Shown piece after piece: positions 12,901 to 26,300 of a DNA stretch of 64,000 nucleotides. The translations under genes were made by a program, and so were the position numbers. Positions within the stretch are counted from its first letter, which is position 1, and each line of letters opens with the position of its first letter. Under the pieces are notes generated by a model that saw only the letters and a program-made list of their open reading frames with translations, made no database searches and had not been told where the DNA came from. The DNA is from the human T2T-CHM13v2.0 reference genome, Homo sapiens: the NCBI RefSeq assembly GCF_009914755.1, contig NC_060932.1. One strand, given 5' to 3'.

Positions 12901-13293
12901 TCATTATTTTTTCTTCAGCTTAGATTAAAAACTAGTTTTTACTGATAAATTTAGTTTTACATAATCTCGCTTCTATTATTGGCTCTGATCACTTGAAAAA
13001 ATTAAGGCTTGTTTAATGACAGCCTATCTGAATAACTAACTTTATAAAATCAAATTTGACCATTACATGATAATATTTTAAGACAAAAATAGAATTTCTT
13101 TACATGCTACTCCCGAAGTTATGTACTTCAAAAGTGCAGGCCCCCTTGTTATTCCTGCAAGTGAATAAAAAAGCTCTGAGAATGCTGTGCCTATGTTCTG
13201 TCATCCTCAGAGCCTTGAACATAATAATGATGCTACATTTGAGGATCTTTTATGCATTAAAAATACTTTCACATGTGCTTTTTATAGCACCCT

Positions 13294-13506
13294 GGTGAAA
13301 TGAAAGCATGAATTTTTGAGTTAGCCAACCTTAGGCTTAAATCCTAACTGGCATCCTGCTGTCTGTGTGGTCTTGGTTAAGTTTCTTAACCTGTCTGAGC
13401 TCATTTCCTCAAATCAAAAATAGAGGTGATGCTACTTATTTAGGGAAGTTGAGGGGATTAAATTATATAATGTAGGTACTACTGGAACATCAAAAGTTTT
13501 CAATAC
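13294..13506 (+). mobile_element. MIR SINE
   Basis: AAATCCT...CTGTGTGGTCTTGGTTAAGTTTCTTAACCTGTCTGAGCTCATTTCCTCA core. Confidence 0.8.
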
Positions 13507-15281
13507 ATTCTGGTTTGATAATAACCTTGGAAGACTGAGAAGGAGTTGGAGTACTGACCAACATCAATAATTTACAAGGACTTTTCCTATGTCTAATAGA
13601 TAAGTATTTCCTCCTTACACATCAGTACAAGAAATGTTGTTATTTTGGTTTAATTTTCTAAGTCAAATAAAATGTCTATGTGCCCCTACTCTCCAAGGAG
13701 GTAAGGAATTAAATCTCAATCAAGGGTTTTAGTGTCTTCTCACTCCTTATATTCCAAATTTGGGTACTTATGTCGATATAGAAAGATGTGGGAGGTGGAG
13801 TGGGCCTCCTTGTTCTTATAGCTCCTTTTGCTGGAAAATCTACCTTCCATTTTCCCCTCCATCGCTTACCAAGCACTGATGCTCTCTGCAAACTTAGAAG
13901 TGAATTCTCCAGAGATCCTGTCCAGGGACCACATGCTTGATGATCTGTTCTTGGTCTCCACGGTTATATCAGGAGGAATTACTCATCAAGGTATCTGCAT
14001 TCATGGTATCTCTACAAACCACTAGACCCTGCCCTGCCTGGGAAAATTTCTTCTTCATTGGTTTCTTCTCTCAGCACCAGCCTTCACCCCTGTTTCCTTT
14101 AAGGGTCTTCTCCCCAAATTAAGTCTGTGGAGAAGTTAGCGCTTGTGTACAGTAGATTTCACTTTCTAATCTGAGATTCTCTGAGGCAGTGGAGCCCAGA
14201 AGCAGAGTACTAAGTCTTGGTTACTTTGGGGAAAAAGGGATGGTAGCAAGAACACTCATTATTTTGAACATCCAATAGCAGTAAAAATAATGTATAAGGT
14301 ACATTAACACAATAGTAAGTCATCTGTTAAGGATTTTATTTATTTTTCCCATCACTCCTATGATATAAGTTCTTCAGGCACCACACTACCCTCACTAATG
14401 AAAGAGATTTATCCTGGTTTTCTGCTTCATGAAGATCTACCCCTTCCCAGACTACAGCACCACTTAGGTGTTAGAGAGAAGAGGTCCTTTAGCCACTGAT
14501 GGTTCTGGCCAAAGTTCTTTGAGCAGATGTTCACTTATCCCTTGGTCTTGAAACATCCAACATGAACCACTTATCTGCCTTATCCCAGACTTTCTCAGGT
14601 CAGATCCCATCATGATTTGTATCTCTCTCCCTCCTCTGGTCACCATTAGAAACTCAGCTCCTCATGTCATGCATCACTAGTACTCTCACCACTGCACTGC
14701 TCCAACCCCCTTGCCATCTTTCTCCATTTTCTGACCCAGTCTTCTTTTCCTCATAGGCTTCCCAAACTCTTCCCATGTGCTTTCTGTCATTAGGAAAATA
14801 CTCTTTATCCTCATCCTACATTTGTCTTTTCCTGTTCCCTTAATCTTATTTTTGTAGCAGAAACCAGGCTTTCCCTTGGTGCCATTTATTCCTTAGGTCC
14901 TTTTGAATGGATGATGTGTTTTCTTCCTAACGTTCTTATCTCAGGGCTTATAATTGGGGCAAATGTTTTACCTTTACAATTTGTCTGTTTATTCAACACC
15001 TTCTTTCTTCTTATCTCAGTCAATTATTTGACTTCATAAGAGACGTCTCACGCACTGTTCTAACACTTTTGAGTCCCTACCTCCTTGAAAGTTTATGCCA
15101 TCAGACTTTGCTACTATTAGCCCTTTCTGTGTTACCTTGACATCTTATTAATCTTTATTATATTTCTTTATTTTTTGCAGACTTTACTATGTGGATAACT
15201 GTCTCCCTCTATATCTTCTTAACTATTTACCATTCTTTGTTATTTCAAAATCCAGGTGGAAGATTCAGCTAATACATTGCT

Positions 15282-15742
15282 GTGTTAGTCTGGGTCCTCC
15301 AAAAAGAAGCTTAAATAGGATTAAACATATGTAAAATTTATTAGGGGAATGAATGCTTTTGAGAGTAAAATTTGTGGAGGAACTCAAGAGAAATTTTGAG
15401 AGTCATCAGACTATACTGCAGGTTTTACCCCAAGGGAGGAAAGAGGGAGAGAAGAGAGGTTGGATAAAAGTAACTTAAATTGCAGTTCAGTTGTAAGGAA
15501 AGCTTTTCAAGGACAATGGGGAAGGCTTGAGGCAAAATTGCTTGTAAGAGGGGTCTTGTGTCTCCCAGGAATGGGCCTGCATTTTTATCCCTGCTGCACT
15601 CAGTCATTGGCTGTGAGAAACCTATGGGAAGTATGACTTTGTTGTGACGTGGTGATGGATTTTGGTACACAGTAGCTGGGGTCATCTGTTAATTATGATC
15701 CCCTTGGCTGGAGATTTGTGGGATATATTTTAATGGCTGTTA
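15282..15742 (-). mobile_element. LTR40-like ERVL solo LTR
   Basis: TGTGTTAGTCTGGGTCCTCC...TTTATTAGGGGA...CTGCACTCAGTCATTGGCTG. Confidence 0.6.
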
Positions 15743-16019
15743 TGCTTTCCTCTCAGTTCTTTGACCTCTTTACCTCCAGTGATTTTTTCTTCTACTCCTC
15801 CTTAGCTGCCAAGTCCCATGTTTATTTTTGTCATTAGACCTTGTTATTGTGAGAACTGTAACACCTCTAAAAATGATAAAAATGACTCATTCAATTCTAC
15901 GACCTCATAGAAATATCTCATTCACTCTTCTTACACTAATTTCCCCCTTCTCTTCTTACTAATTATCCACAGTGCATCACTATAATCAATCTCTTGCAAT
16001 ATCCAACTCTCTTGCCTCA

Positions 16020-16362
16020 ACTTTAGCTTATTTTCTGTTTTTATAATAGAATGCCAGAGACTGGATAAATTTTTTAAAATTATTTTTCACAGTTCTAGAG
16101 CCTGGAAAGTTCAAGAGCATGGTGCCAGCATCTGGCAAAGCCCTGCCTGGTGCGTTATCCCATGGCAGAAAGGCAAGCAAGCACATGAGTTGGAGAGAAA
16201 GACAATGAGCCAAATTCAACTTTTTATCAGAGCCCACTCCTACAATAAAGGCATTAAACCATTCACAAGGGCGGAGCCCTTCTGGCATAATCACCTCTCA
16301 ACACTGTTATAATGGCAATTAAATTTCAATATGAGTTTTGAAGGAAAGTTCAAATTATAGCA
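16020..16362 (-). mobile_element. MST/MLT1A-type MaLR solo LTR
   Basis: CACAGTTCTAGAGCCTGGAAAGTTCAAGAGCATGGTGCCAGCATCTGG...TAATCACCTC...AAATTATAGCA. Confidence 0.8.
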
Positions 16363-17015
16363 CCCCTTCTCCTCTGTTGTATGCATCTACCAAAATTCTA
16401 ATTGTTCCTAAATCCAAATATTCTCTTATTGTCTAACAGAACCTGAACAGCTGTATGTTGTGAAAACTTCTGTTTTTCCTTTTCTTTTTTTATTTCTTTT
16501 TCTCTCTTTTTTCTATTTCTCCACAAAACTCCAATGATTCCTCGATATTGCTTGACTATTTTTGCTACACTTTACCCTCGTATGCTACAAAATGAATATT
16601 TTACATTTTCTCTTTTTCCTTCTTATAGCCTCTTTCTCACACTTTATTTTCAGCTGAAGATCTTGCCTCATACTTTAAGTAAGATCAATTAGATAAAAAT
16701 TCCGTAAACTTCCCAATGCCCAATTTACCAGCCTTTCTACATCTTTACCTATACTTTTAGTCTTCCGTTTATTCATAGCCTATAACATAAGATTTATGAG
16801 AAAAATAATCTTGATTTTTTTGTTCGCTGATATATCTGCAAAGATGGTCCATAATCATCTTTACTCAGTAAATATTTTTTAGATAGATCGGTCCATTGAA
16901 TAATGATTATTTTTTCTATTATACAGGAAGCTTATAGAAATACAATGACTTTTCCAAAATTTCCAGATGTTACTTAAATTTTTCAGATGAGAATACTCAG
17001 GACTGAAAGGACTAT

Positions 17016-17041
17016 GAGAGAGAGAGAGAGAGAGAGAGAGA
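17016..17041. repeat. (GA)n microsatellite
   Basis: about 13 uninterrupted GA units. Confidence 0.95.
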
Positions 17042-17187
17042 AAGTGATATAATATGGGCTAGTCAAATACTCTTTCCATGGTCACACAGGTTTTTGCTAT
17101 AAAATATTGCATTTTGTTCTTTGAGCCAGTTTAACTTCTGAGATCACAAATAATCATATTCTTCCAACTTTTAATATTCTAAATAAG

Positions 17188-17320
17188 TTGGTTCTTAATA
17201 TTTGGGGGTGATTAAACCTTTGAGAATCTGAATAAATCTATGGCCTCTTAATTCAGAAAAATACACATTCACATACAGAAAAAATTTACTTGCAAGTCAA
17301 AAGATTTGTGAATCTAATCA
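17188..17320. mobile_element. MER103-like hAT fragment
   Basis: CCTTTGAGAATCTGAATAAATCTATGG...CAGAAAAATACACA. Confidence 0.5.
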
Positions 17321-17879
17321 GGCCAATATGTGACTATCATCAGCACTGAAAGTGAGAATAAAATGAAAAGGGATGGTTTATACATTAATTCAGTTTGAAC
17401 ATAAGGATGGGGGCTTTGTCAAGGTTGGTTGGGATGGTCATGGTCCAGGTCTGAAGATAACAACCTGCTTAGGAAGGAGACTTGGAACTGGCGAGTAGAC
17501 ACATGGATGGTGGGCTGCTGTCAAGATAGATCAAAGTTACACTTAACTGGGTTGGACAGGAATTTGGGCAGGACTTCTCTAACCTGAAGTTACCTCAATT
17601 CTAAAATGAAGAAGTTGGATTATGTGATATGTTAAATTTCCATTATGCCCTAAGCATCTACATCTGCAGTTACTTTCATAGGTAATACAAGGCATATCAC
17701 TTGATCAAGTGAAAATATTGCAAGGCACCATCAAGAAGAAAATGCAGATTAATGGCAGGCCTTAAGTTACATGGAAGGCCAAGTGTGTATTTGCTCAGAT
17801 AAATGTTTGAATTAAATGCTTCTCTTCTATATTTAGCTGCTTGTCTTCAGCGAAGGGAGAATAGCATTTCCCAAAGCCT

Positions 17880-18070
17880 CCTATTGTAGCACTTATCACA
17901 TTGTATTAAAGCTTTCTGTTTATGTATCAGTTGCTTCTTAGAATGTTAGCACTTCAAGGACAAAAACTGTGTTCCGTAGGGTCTAGCGCAATCTTGGTTT
18001 CCCCAGGATCTAACCCTGTCCTTGGGGTATGGTGAATGGTCTGTACGTGTTTGTTGAACCAAAGTAAAAT
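17880..18070 (+). mobile_element. L2 3' end
   Basis: TAGCACTTATCACATTGTATT...CAAGGACAAAAACTGTGT...TGTTTGTTGAA. Confidence 0.65.
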
Positions 18071-20189
18071 GAACTGACACACACATAAACACACATGAAC
18101 AAAAAGGAATCAACTTAAAAGCCATGCTTGTCAAATTTGAAAAGAAACAAAATCTAAAGAATGTCATCAGGCTTAAGTTGTCATCAACATATTATAATTC
18201 CAATCCAGGGCCCATGAGAATAATGGCACTGCCAGGCCCTGAGTCCTCAGCACCTATTTTAATGACAAGAGAAGAAAAAATGTTTGTTCTTAGGTTGTCA
18301 TAGGAGCATAGTCTGCATTTAGACCGAGAAGTTGTACCATATGTCAAAACAATATTTGGTAACCAAAATAATTTGTGAGTAAAAAATGAACCAAGTGTGT
18401 TTCTATAAACTTTTCCATCACCATTGGAACCAACTTCTTGAAGATTTAGATAAAAATATGACATTTTCCATAAATTTACTCTTTGTTAATTATATAACTT
18501 TGTTCATAGATGAATAAGGAACAAAGCCGAAGAAGATAACAAGCAAAGAAAACATTATATTCCCATATGTCTCATGTTAAATATAGAATCACGGGGAGGT
18601 ATGATACTTCAGGATATATTACCACAATAATTGCTATACACTGAGTATTATATTTTGCTGTGTTGTTTAAGCAGAAACTCAACATATCCCTTTAAAAAAT
18701 TGAGCTTACAGTCTGAATAGCAAAATAATAAACTTCCAAAATGCAATTTTAGTAGGTCCAAATACCTACTAAAAGAGGTCTGTTTTCTTATTTGAAAATT
18801 CAATGACTAAAAAAATTTTAAAGTTATCCTTTGGTGTTTTGATTTACCACAAAAAAATTATTTACCTTGTCTGAGAGGCTATGTGTTTGGTTTTGGCAGA
18901 TTGATTATTTTCAAGATAGTTTCCCAACAGACCCTGGCATAAGAGCTCAGTCTGAATGAGAGGAACAAGGAATGCGCTTTGCCACCAGATGGAAGCCTGT
19001 GGTAATCAGCGAAGTCAGGTTCCTGTCATCAGGTGCAAATCACCCAGATAATGAAAGTCCCTTTTGTACACTGTGCACTAGTTCCAGAAAGCATTAGTTA
19101 AAATTGGCTAAATTCTGCTCTGTATGTATTCTCTCAACCTCATTATGTTATTTTCTTGGTAGAAGATGAGGTGCTAGGATCAAAATGTTAGTCTAATGAC
19201 ATGTTTTCTATATTAATAATCCTTAGGTCATTGCCATATTCAGAGCTGTATTAGATAATAACATTTAAAAAGCCCATTTTCATTCTGAGCGGCTCAGTTT
19301 TAGTAACTGTTGAGTTTCACACCACCACCTCTTATCCCTATACCAGCTGCCTACAGGAAGCACAGAAACTTAATTATTGACAGACTAAATATTTGCATCT
19401 TGTGGAAACCAGAATATTCCATAATTTAAGAACTTAGCAAATATTTTCCCTAAAACCAGATTTTGTACTTTATTGTGGGTTGCATTTAAGAATAGCAGTA
19501 TGAAATTTTCAAACTGCAGTTGGGAACCTTTATCCTTTCTGAGGTCTGAGCATGGATTGTTAGCTCTTTTTTTCTTTTTAAAATGTTTAATCTTTGCCCA
19601 CTTTTGCCATTTCTTCTTTCATGTGCGTGAAATGTCAGCTTGCAAATTGGTGAGCTGCTACCTACTATTTTCCCTCAATATATGAGTAATTTCTATGCCA
19701 TGTGGATGCATTTGTAAAAGGCCACTGATTAAGGTTATTCTGTGCACAAGGATCTTATTTAAGAGCATCCATGATCAGATTTTAATTTCTCTTGCTAATC
19801 TGCAGTTCTCCGCCAAAAAAAAAAAACAAAAAAAAAACTTGATTAACATCTCATTTGGTGTAAATGAATTGTTTTGTTTTGCAGGTACAAACTTCTCTAG
19901 GGAACTACAAAGTATCATATACACATCTTTTGAGAAATATAAAGTGCCATGAAAATAAAAAAACATTATTGTTCTTATTTTCTTATAGCTCATAGGTGAC
20001 CCCCATTTTAAGAATTACCTTTGGGAATCCCTCCAAGTTAGGTGTCATGGAAGCAACTCTGCCAGGACAAGATTTTCAAATCTTATTTTTGTGTATGGAA
20101 ACAAGGCTGTTGGAAATGGTTTCTATCCCTGTGAGTGATAGGGGCTGAAGTTCTTTCTCTGCTTTTCTGATGCTCAGTTCATTCAATAG

Positions 20190-20400
20190 CAGGGTTGTGA
20201 AAATGGCAGGGAATTAAGAAACAGATGACGGAGTTCAAGGCGCTGCTTTGCTACTTCTCTTCTGCATAAATTTGGGGAAATCATTGAGCCTGTTTGAGAC
20301 TGTTTTCCTATATGTAAAATGAGAATAATATGCTTGCTTGACCTGGCTATTAAAATTAAAAGTAATCAAGGATTTTAAAGTGCTACACAAAGTTGGTTAT
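20190..20400 (+). mobile_element. MIR SINE
   Basis: TTGGGGAAATCATTGAGCCTGTTTGAGACTGTTTTCCTATATGTAAAATGAGAATAAT. Confidence 0.7.
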
Positions 20401-20974
20401 TACTAAGACTGACTTATTGGTGTGTTGTTTTTCATCAGAGAACCACACACCCAAACTGCACTGTTTTAATTTTACTAAACTGCATTTTGGTATCTATTAA
20501 CCAAACTTGAGGGACATGATAAGAAAATTAAAACACTTTTCTATTCACCTTAGTGTAGAAAAGTAATTGGGGAAAGTTTTTATGCCTCCTACAGTATCCT
20601 TTCTAATGAATACCTAGAGACATGACACATTTTTCTCAGAATATCTGGATTACTTTTAAACAACAGCTTTCTGTGTTTATTTTTAAAGTCATATATAACT
20701 TATTGTGTTTTCCTCTTTATACTGGCTTCTAGGCAGTTCTGAGTTAAATCCATGGTTTATATCTAGCTAAATATATATGACTTTATAATATTTATTTTAC
20801 CTCACCAATGTCTTCAACTTGTTGTTTTTGGCTATATTTTCCTTTTGTTCATGATTTCTTCACTTTTCCCTTTTCATGTGCTACATGTGTTTTAAAAACC
20901 TCATAATTTTTGGAATGAGGTGATACTATATCTAAATAGAAAATAATTGTTTTCTATAAGATATCTGAGGTAGA

Positions 20975-21225
20975 TAATAATTGCTACCATATTTTGAAGT
21001 CGTACTACATGTTAGGCCCTGTGATAAGCACTATCTATTATCTCTTTTATTTTTTGCCCAAAAGGTATCATTTCCTGTGTTTTACAAATGATGATACTAA
21101 GGCTTAGAAACAAGTAAATTGACTCATCTAGTGGCTTTCCTCTAGTAAATGGAGGAAATTGATTTCCAATGTAGATTTATCTGATTCTAAAATTCATGTT
21201 GATTAGTCGTTGCATTATACTGCCT
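20975..21225 (-). mobile_element. MIR SINE
   Basis: TACTACATGTTAGGCCCTGTGATAAGCAC...TTTTACAAATGATGATACTAAGGCTTAGA. Confidence 0.7.
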
Positions 21226-22966
21226 TTTATTACTAAGTAAAATAATGCAACAAATGACTATCATTATTATCGTTGCTGTAGAATTATTATCAAAGGTTTT
21301 TGATGTAGTTGAATATTTAATTTTGACCAAGAGCATACATAATTAAAAAAATACATGTTCTAAAACTCTATTATTCATATTTTTGCTTGACAATTTGATA
21401 GTGCGAGTGTTTTGCCACATCTTGCCTTTACTGCCAAGAATGATTTCAAGGCCTATCTCCATATGTAACTTGGTGTACAACCCAGGAGAAATGTATGCCT
21501 CTTACTGACATATGGGGAAACACATCCAACAATCCTTTTTTAGAATGTAGCAAAAGCTTCCTGGCACTTTCGAACAATCTTCTGCCATGCTTTGTTCCTT
21601 CAAATTGTACTTCAAGTGCATTTGTTACTCTCTTTCTCTTCGTGATCTTCAAGTTTATTATCCATTGCCATATCTTTCTGTTTAGTTGTTTAAATAGGAA
21701 GGTTCTGTTTAGTTTCTCTCTTTTGGTACATGATAACTGCCCCTAAGAGGCCCCTTTTGTTTCTAATTTTATATCCGTGATTTTAAAGAAAGATTGAGAA
21801 AGTGTAGGCCACACAGAATTGACAAAAAAAAGTAAACAGTAAGATCCTGGCTTGGGTAGTGGGAGGATGATATTTGCTATCACATGAGGAAGGCATTATG
21901 GAGTTAATAACTTCTGAATTGGGTTTATATTGAAAGGAGGGGGTGTCTTGAGGGTGGGGTGCTTAGAACCATAGAAGGGTTTTTTTCTTCCTACCAAAGC
22001 CTTATAAAAATCTTCCATACAGCAAGTTCTTTTCCTAAAAGAGAAGCAATGTTCAGAAAGCCTGAAACATGTGGCCCAGTTAGAGAAGTCACTTCCAGGA
22101 AAATTCGTAACTAAGGCAGTTATTTTTCAGAGAATTAAAAGAGACAAGATCTCCATCACTTCAGCTTTTGAACATATCTGTGAAGGAACTAATGGGAGCA
22201 GGAACAGCTGGAGCCATAAGTAATTCATAAAAACTCAACGTGGGGTGATCATGTTGAGCATTATATTCAGAAAGAATGGAATGCCTTAGCAATTGTGCTA
22301 TCATTCCAATGCAGACTCACATGGGAGAAGGATCAGGATTGCACACAAAGGATGATCTGCCAAGGCTACTATGTCAGGCTGTGAAAGAGAAAAAGGATAA
22401 GAGGAGAACGAATAGTGAAAATTTTTTTCTTAGCCAAACTTTTGGAAATGTTTCAACAAGTCCTTATTGAAGTATAATTAGAAGTGTATTTCTCAACCTT
22501 GTCTTTTATTTTTTACAATTTTTTTTTGTGAGGGAACCATTTTATCCATTATGTGATATAGGCACAATTCCTAGGGCTGTAAACTTTTGGAAGGTCTACA
22601 AATATATGTGCAACCTGAAAAATGACTTAATAACTCTATAATATGAAAACTGCAAAATCAAAAGGAATTAATACTTAATGAAATATCCACAAAGCATAAC
22701 GTTATTTTACTTGTTTCACTGCAACTTAACTGCTATATCTTAGGATAGATAATAAATAGCAAGGAAAATGTAAAATATTTATTCTCAAATAAGCAAAATT
22801 ATAAAAATTATCTCTAAAAATGTTACAATAAAAATATTCTTAATGCATGATGTAAGCATTGCAAAATATGCTTGATATGATATGCAGTGAGACTTTTAAA
22901 ATTAAGAGAGCCTCTTGTCTAGGATGGTGGTCATTAAACAACTCATAATGGGTTTATGTACAACTA

Positions 22967-23380
22967 TGTTTGTTTCAGTTTTCTATTGGTACGTAACAAA
23001 TTACCACAAGCTTAGCAGATTAAGACAGCACATTATTACCTCATGCTTTCCCTGTGTTAGGACTTAGGGCATAGGTTAGCTGAGTCTTTCATTCAGGGTC
23101 TAACTGGCATGAAATTGAGGTGTCAGCCGAGGCTGTGGTCTCACCTAAAGACTTGACTGAGTTGGCTAAGGTGGAGACATCATGGGAGTGATATCTCATC
23201 CTCTTTGTCATATATGTAATCTAGTCAAGGGAATGACATTCCATCACTCTTACTATATTCTATAGACAAGAAATCACAGGTTCTGCCTAGACCAAAACAG
23301 GGGATTATGTAAATTGGGAAGGGGATCACACATCCTTAAGAAATGTATTGGAGGTTATTTTAGGATATGTCTGCCAAAAT
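22967..23380 (-). mobile_element. MLT1E/F-like MaLR LTR
   Basis: TTTTCTATTGGTACGTAACAAATTACCACAAGCTTAGC...TGAGGTGTCAGCCGAGGCTGTGGTCTCA...GGAGTGATATCTCATC. Confidence 0.75.
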
Positions 23381-26300
23381 GTTTAAAGTTATGTTTTTTA
23401 AGGTTTTGTTCTCTAGTATGGGCTCAGTTATTGTCAAATATTTCTTTAGTTGTCTTTATAAAGTTCTGAGATAAAGAACCCTTTCATCTATGTTATAGAT
23501 ATTTAGAACCAGTTCGGCACATAGTAGGTACAGAATTAATGAACTGCAGAAAAGATTCTTTTGACTAGAGAAGATATATAAAAGAGAGAGTTCGGAGAAA
23601 GATTTGTTCCAATCTGATTGTGTCTTACATTCCCCAAGCACTCATGCTTCAAGTATTCCAAGAACATTCTTGGTAAACTTAATTCGGAGCTTCCGAGGTC
23701 ATAGAGCAGGTTAAAGTCTTTATACTAGCAGAGTCTAGAAGGCTAAGAAAAAGGCATCAGTTAGGACTGAAAGTATTACTGGTTATAAGTGCATTCTGAC
23801 ACCCTTGCTGATCACCAACATATATCTCCCCCTAAGGATGTTCTTCTTTATCCCTGTTTCTCTCGTTTCCTCAGCTCTCCATCTCTCATGCTTTTTGTCT
23901 TTCTTGCTCATAACCTCTCTCCACAGTCTGGCTTTTCCTTCATTTTATCATTTTAACTCTTCTAATATTTGTCTCTCGTAGTCTATTATTCCATCTCTCA
24001 GGATTATTACTTTCATCAATATTGAGAGGGAGTGTGTGTGTGGCTCTGTGTGTGCATGTCTGTGTACATGTATGCTTATGTCAGTGTATAAACGTGGTGT
24101 GTTACAATCAGATGGCTTTACATTTATGTGGTGGGGTACATAGGCCTTCTTTCACACTGAGATGGAGGAGTCAGGGTCACCCGAGTCATGGCCGGAGTAA
24201 GTGATGCCTGCGATATGCATGCCCTAGAAAGAGCCTGGGAACTCAGTGGAGCAAGAGGCTTTATTGGAGAGGCCTTCCTTGTAGTTAAGATTTCACAGAT
24301 GGAATGGACTTCCTAAGAAAGAAGTGAATCTCAATAAGTCTGCGAAACAGAGGACAGGTTTTTGGTTTTTGTTTGTTTTAGTTTTATTTGGTGAGATTCT
24401 CTGACTCTTGGCGCAGTGTTTTTAGGGCAGGACTACATATGTAACAGCAGTAGCAAATTTTAAAGATCCAGGTGAGAACAATTAGAAGGAAGAGCCTGTG
24501 GATGATATTGTTAGTTTTAAATCTATCACTCTGGGAGCCAAGTCATGAAGAATCCTATACGATGGGTACCTCTACTGGCTGACACTATAAAACATTAACG
24601 TGGCTGTATAAGTTCATGGCTCCTAGTTTAAATTCCCACTCTGAAGAAAGAAGCTATGTATATTTAGAAAACAGTCGCTTCTCTGTAGGAGTGCTTTATA
24701 CCACAACCATCTGAAGAGCTTTCAAATTCAGTATATTTTGGTATCAGAACAAATAAAACCACATCTTCAACAAGTGAAAATTTCCAGTCTTCTCCATTTT
24801 TATTTTCTTGTCGACCAGTGATTGCAGATGCTTAAGCTAGCCTCCTCAGCTGAAAATTGATGGATTCAGAACTAGCCACATGGTGTGCTCATATGATTTT
24901 TGCCATCTGTCTTTAAATACAACACTCCAGCATGTGTCTGTAAGTAACATAACAAGAAAATTTCCACGTGGAATTACTAATCAAGCTTGAAGTCCACATT
25001 TCCAAACAGAGAGATTACGGAAAGATAAAGAACTAACAAGGGAAAAAGGTAATTTGTGTAAGGAAATAGTATAAAAGAAGAAAAGAAAAATGAAAGTAGG
25101 TAGATAATTAATTAAACAGCAGGAAGGAGATGGACAATTTCCAGAAACAGTATTTTCCTCCCACTTGAAAGCTGGGGAGCTTAATTTTTCTCTTTTTCTG
25201 ATAATTCGTGAGAGATCCTCTTCAGAGCTAATACATTTTATTGGTTCATTTAAAAAACATTCATTATATTGGAACAACTTAAGTCTGAAGATAGTTGTTT
25301 TAACCCTTCTATTAACACTGCATAATCTTAGAAACTATATAAATTAGACTATATTTTAAATGAATCTTCACAAATATATTGTGATTTCTCTATTTTTGTA
25401 GCTAAATTCAAAGTGAATAAGCAGACCTTTAAAATGCATTAAAATTATCTTCATTCATATATACTTACCTTTTTAAATAAAATAAACAAAAGACTCATAT
25501 TTTTTAATAAACTGATATAATCATATTCAAACTTAAGGAGACCTGGCCTGATATGAGAAAAGAAGTTATATCCTGGAATATCATAAAAAGAGCAGGATTC
25601 AGAATTAAGCCTCACTTCTACTTGTAAGAAGATTTCTAATCAAAAGCTTCTTCTTAGAGAGTATTATATTGTGCCATCAAACTTCAGTCTCTTCCTAACA
25701 TGTCCTTGATACAGAACTTCCATTAAGGAAGCCTATATCCGGAATCTCCATTTAAGAGCATAGATTTGTGCAGACTAACTCTCAAACTAAGTGGGATTTT
25801 GGAAACTCCCCAAGGCTGTTTCAGTTCTTAAGGGAACATTAAAATTAAGCAATATGCAAGCCAGATAATTCTTTTTAAAAGCAGAAAGTGCTTCCTTTAT
25901 ACCAATACTTTATTTTTTCAAGAAGCATTAGAGATCATAAAGAGTGAATCTATATGCTGCCTAGCAGAATTTGGTAGAGAACAAGGATATTTTCTTATTT
26001 GAATTGTGTTCATCTTTTGAAACATTTTATCCATAACTAGAGAGTAAATGCAGATGCTTAGCTTGACTCAGAAGTTTTGGATGGAATAAGGGAATATGTA
26101 AAATGCTTTACCTATTGTTGAAAGGAATAAAAAACCACCACATAAAGTCATTGAAGTTTGACATGGAAGATGAATCCAGGGTCACAGTGTTCACCTCTAA
26201 ATTGGAAGACTGATGATTTATCGAGACTGGATGTCAACTTTCAATGGCTAGGTGTCACTGAAGAAAAGTACCCGTAGCTCTAGAACACAGATAAGGTAAA

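Larger units (their letters stand above)
14780..16880 (+). mobile_element. Old L2 internal fragments (host of two LTR insertions)
   Basis: Pyrimidine-rich degenerate L2-like blocks (GAAACCAGGCTTTCC; CAGTTCTTTGACCTCTTTACCTCCAGTGA; CAGCTGAAGATCTTGCCTCATACTT). Confidence 0.5.

Noticed and set aside
24962-24973. 12-bp palindrome TTCCACGTGGAA containing an E-box
   Set aside because: A single short motif, plausible by chance in 64 kb, with no supporting context.
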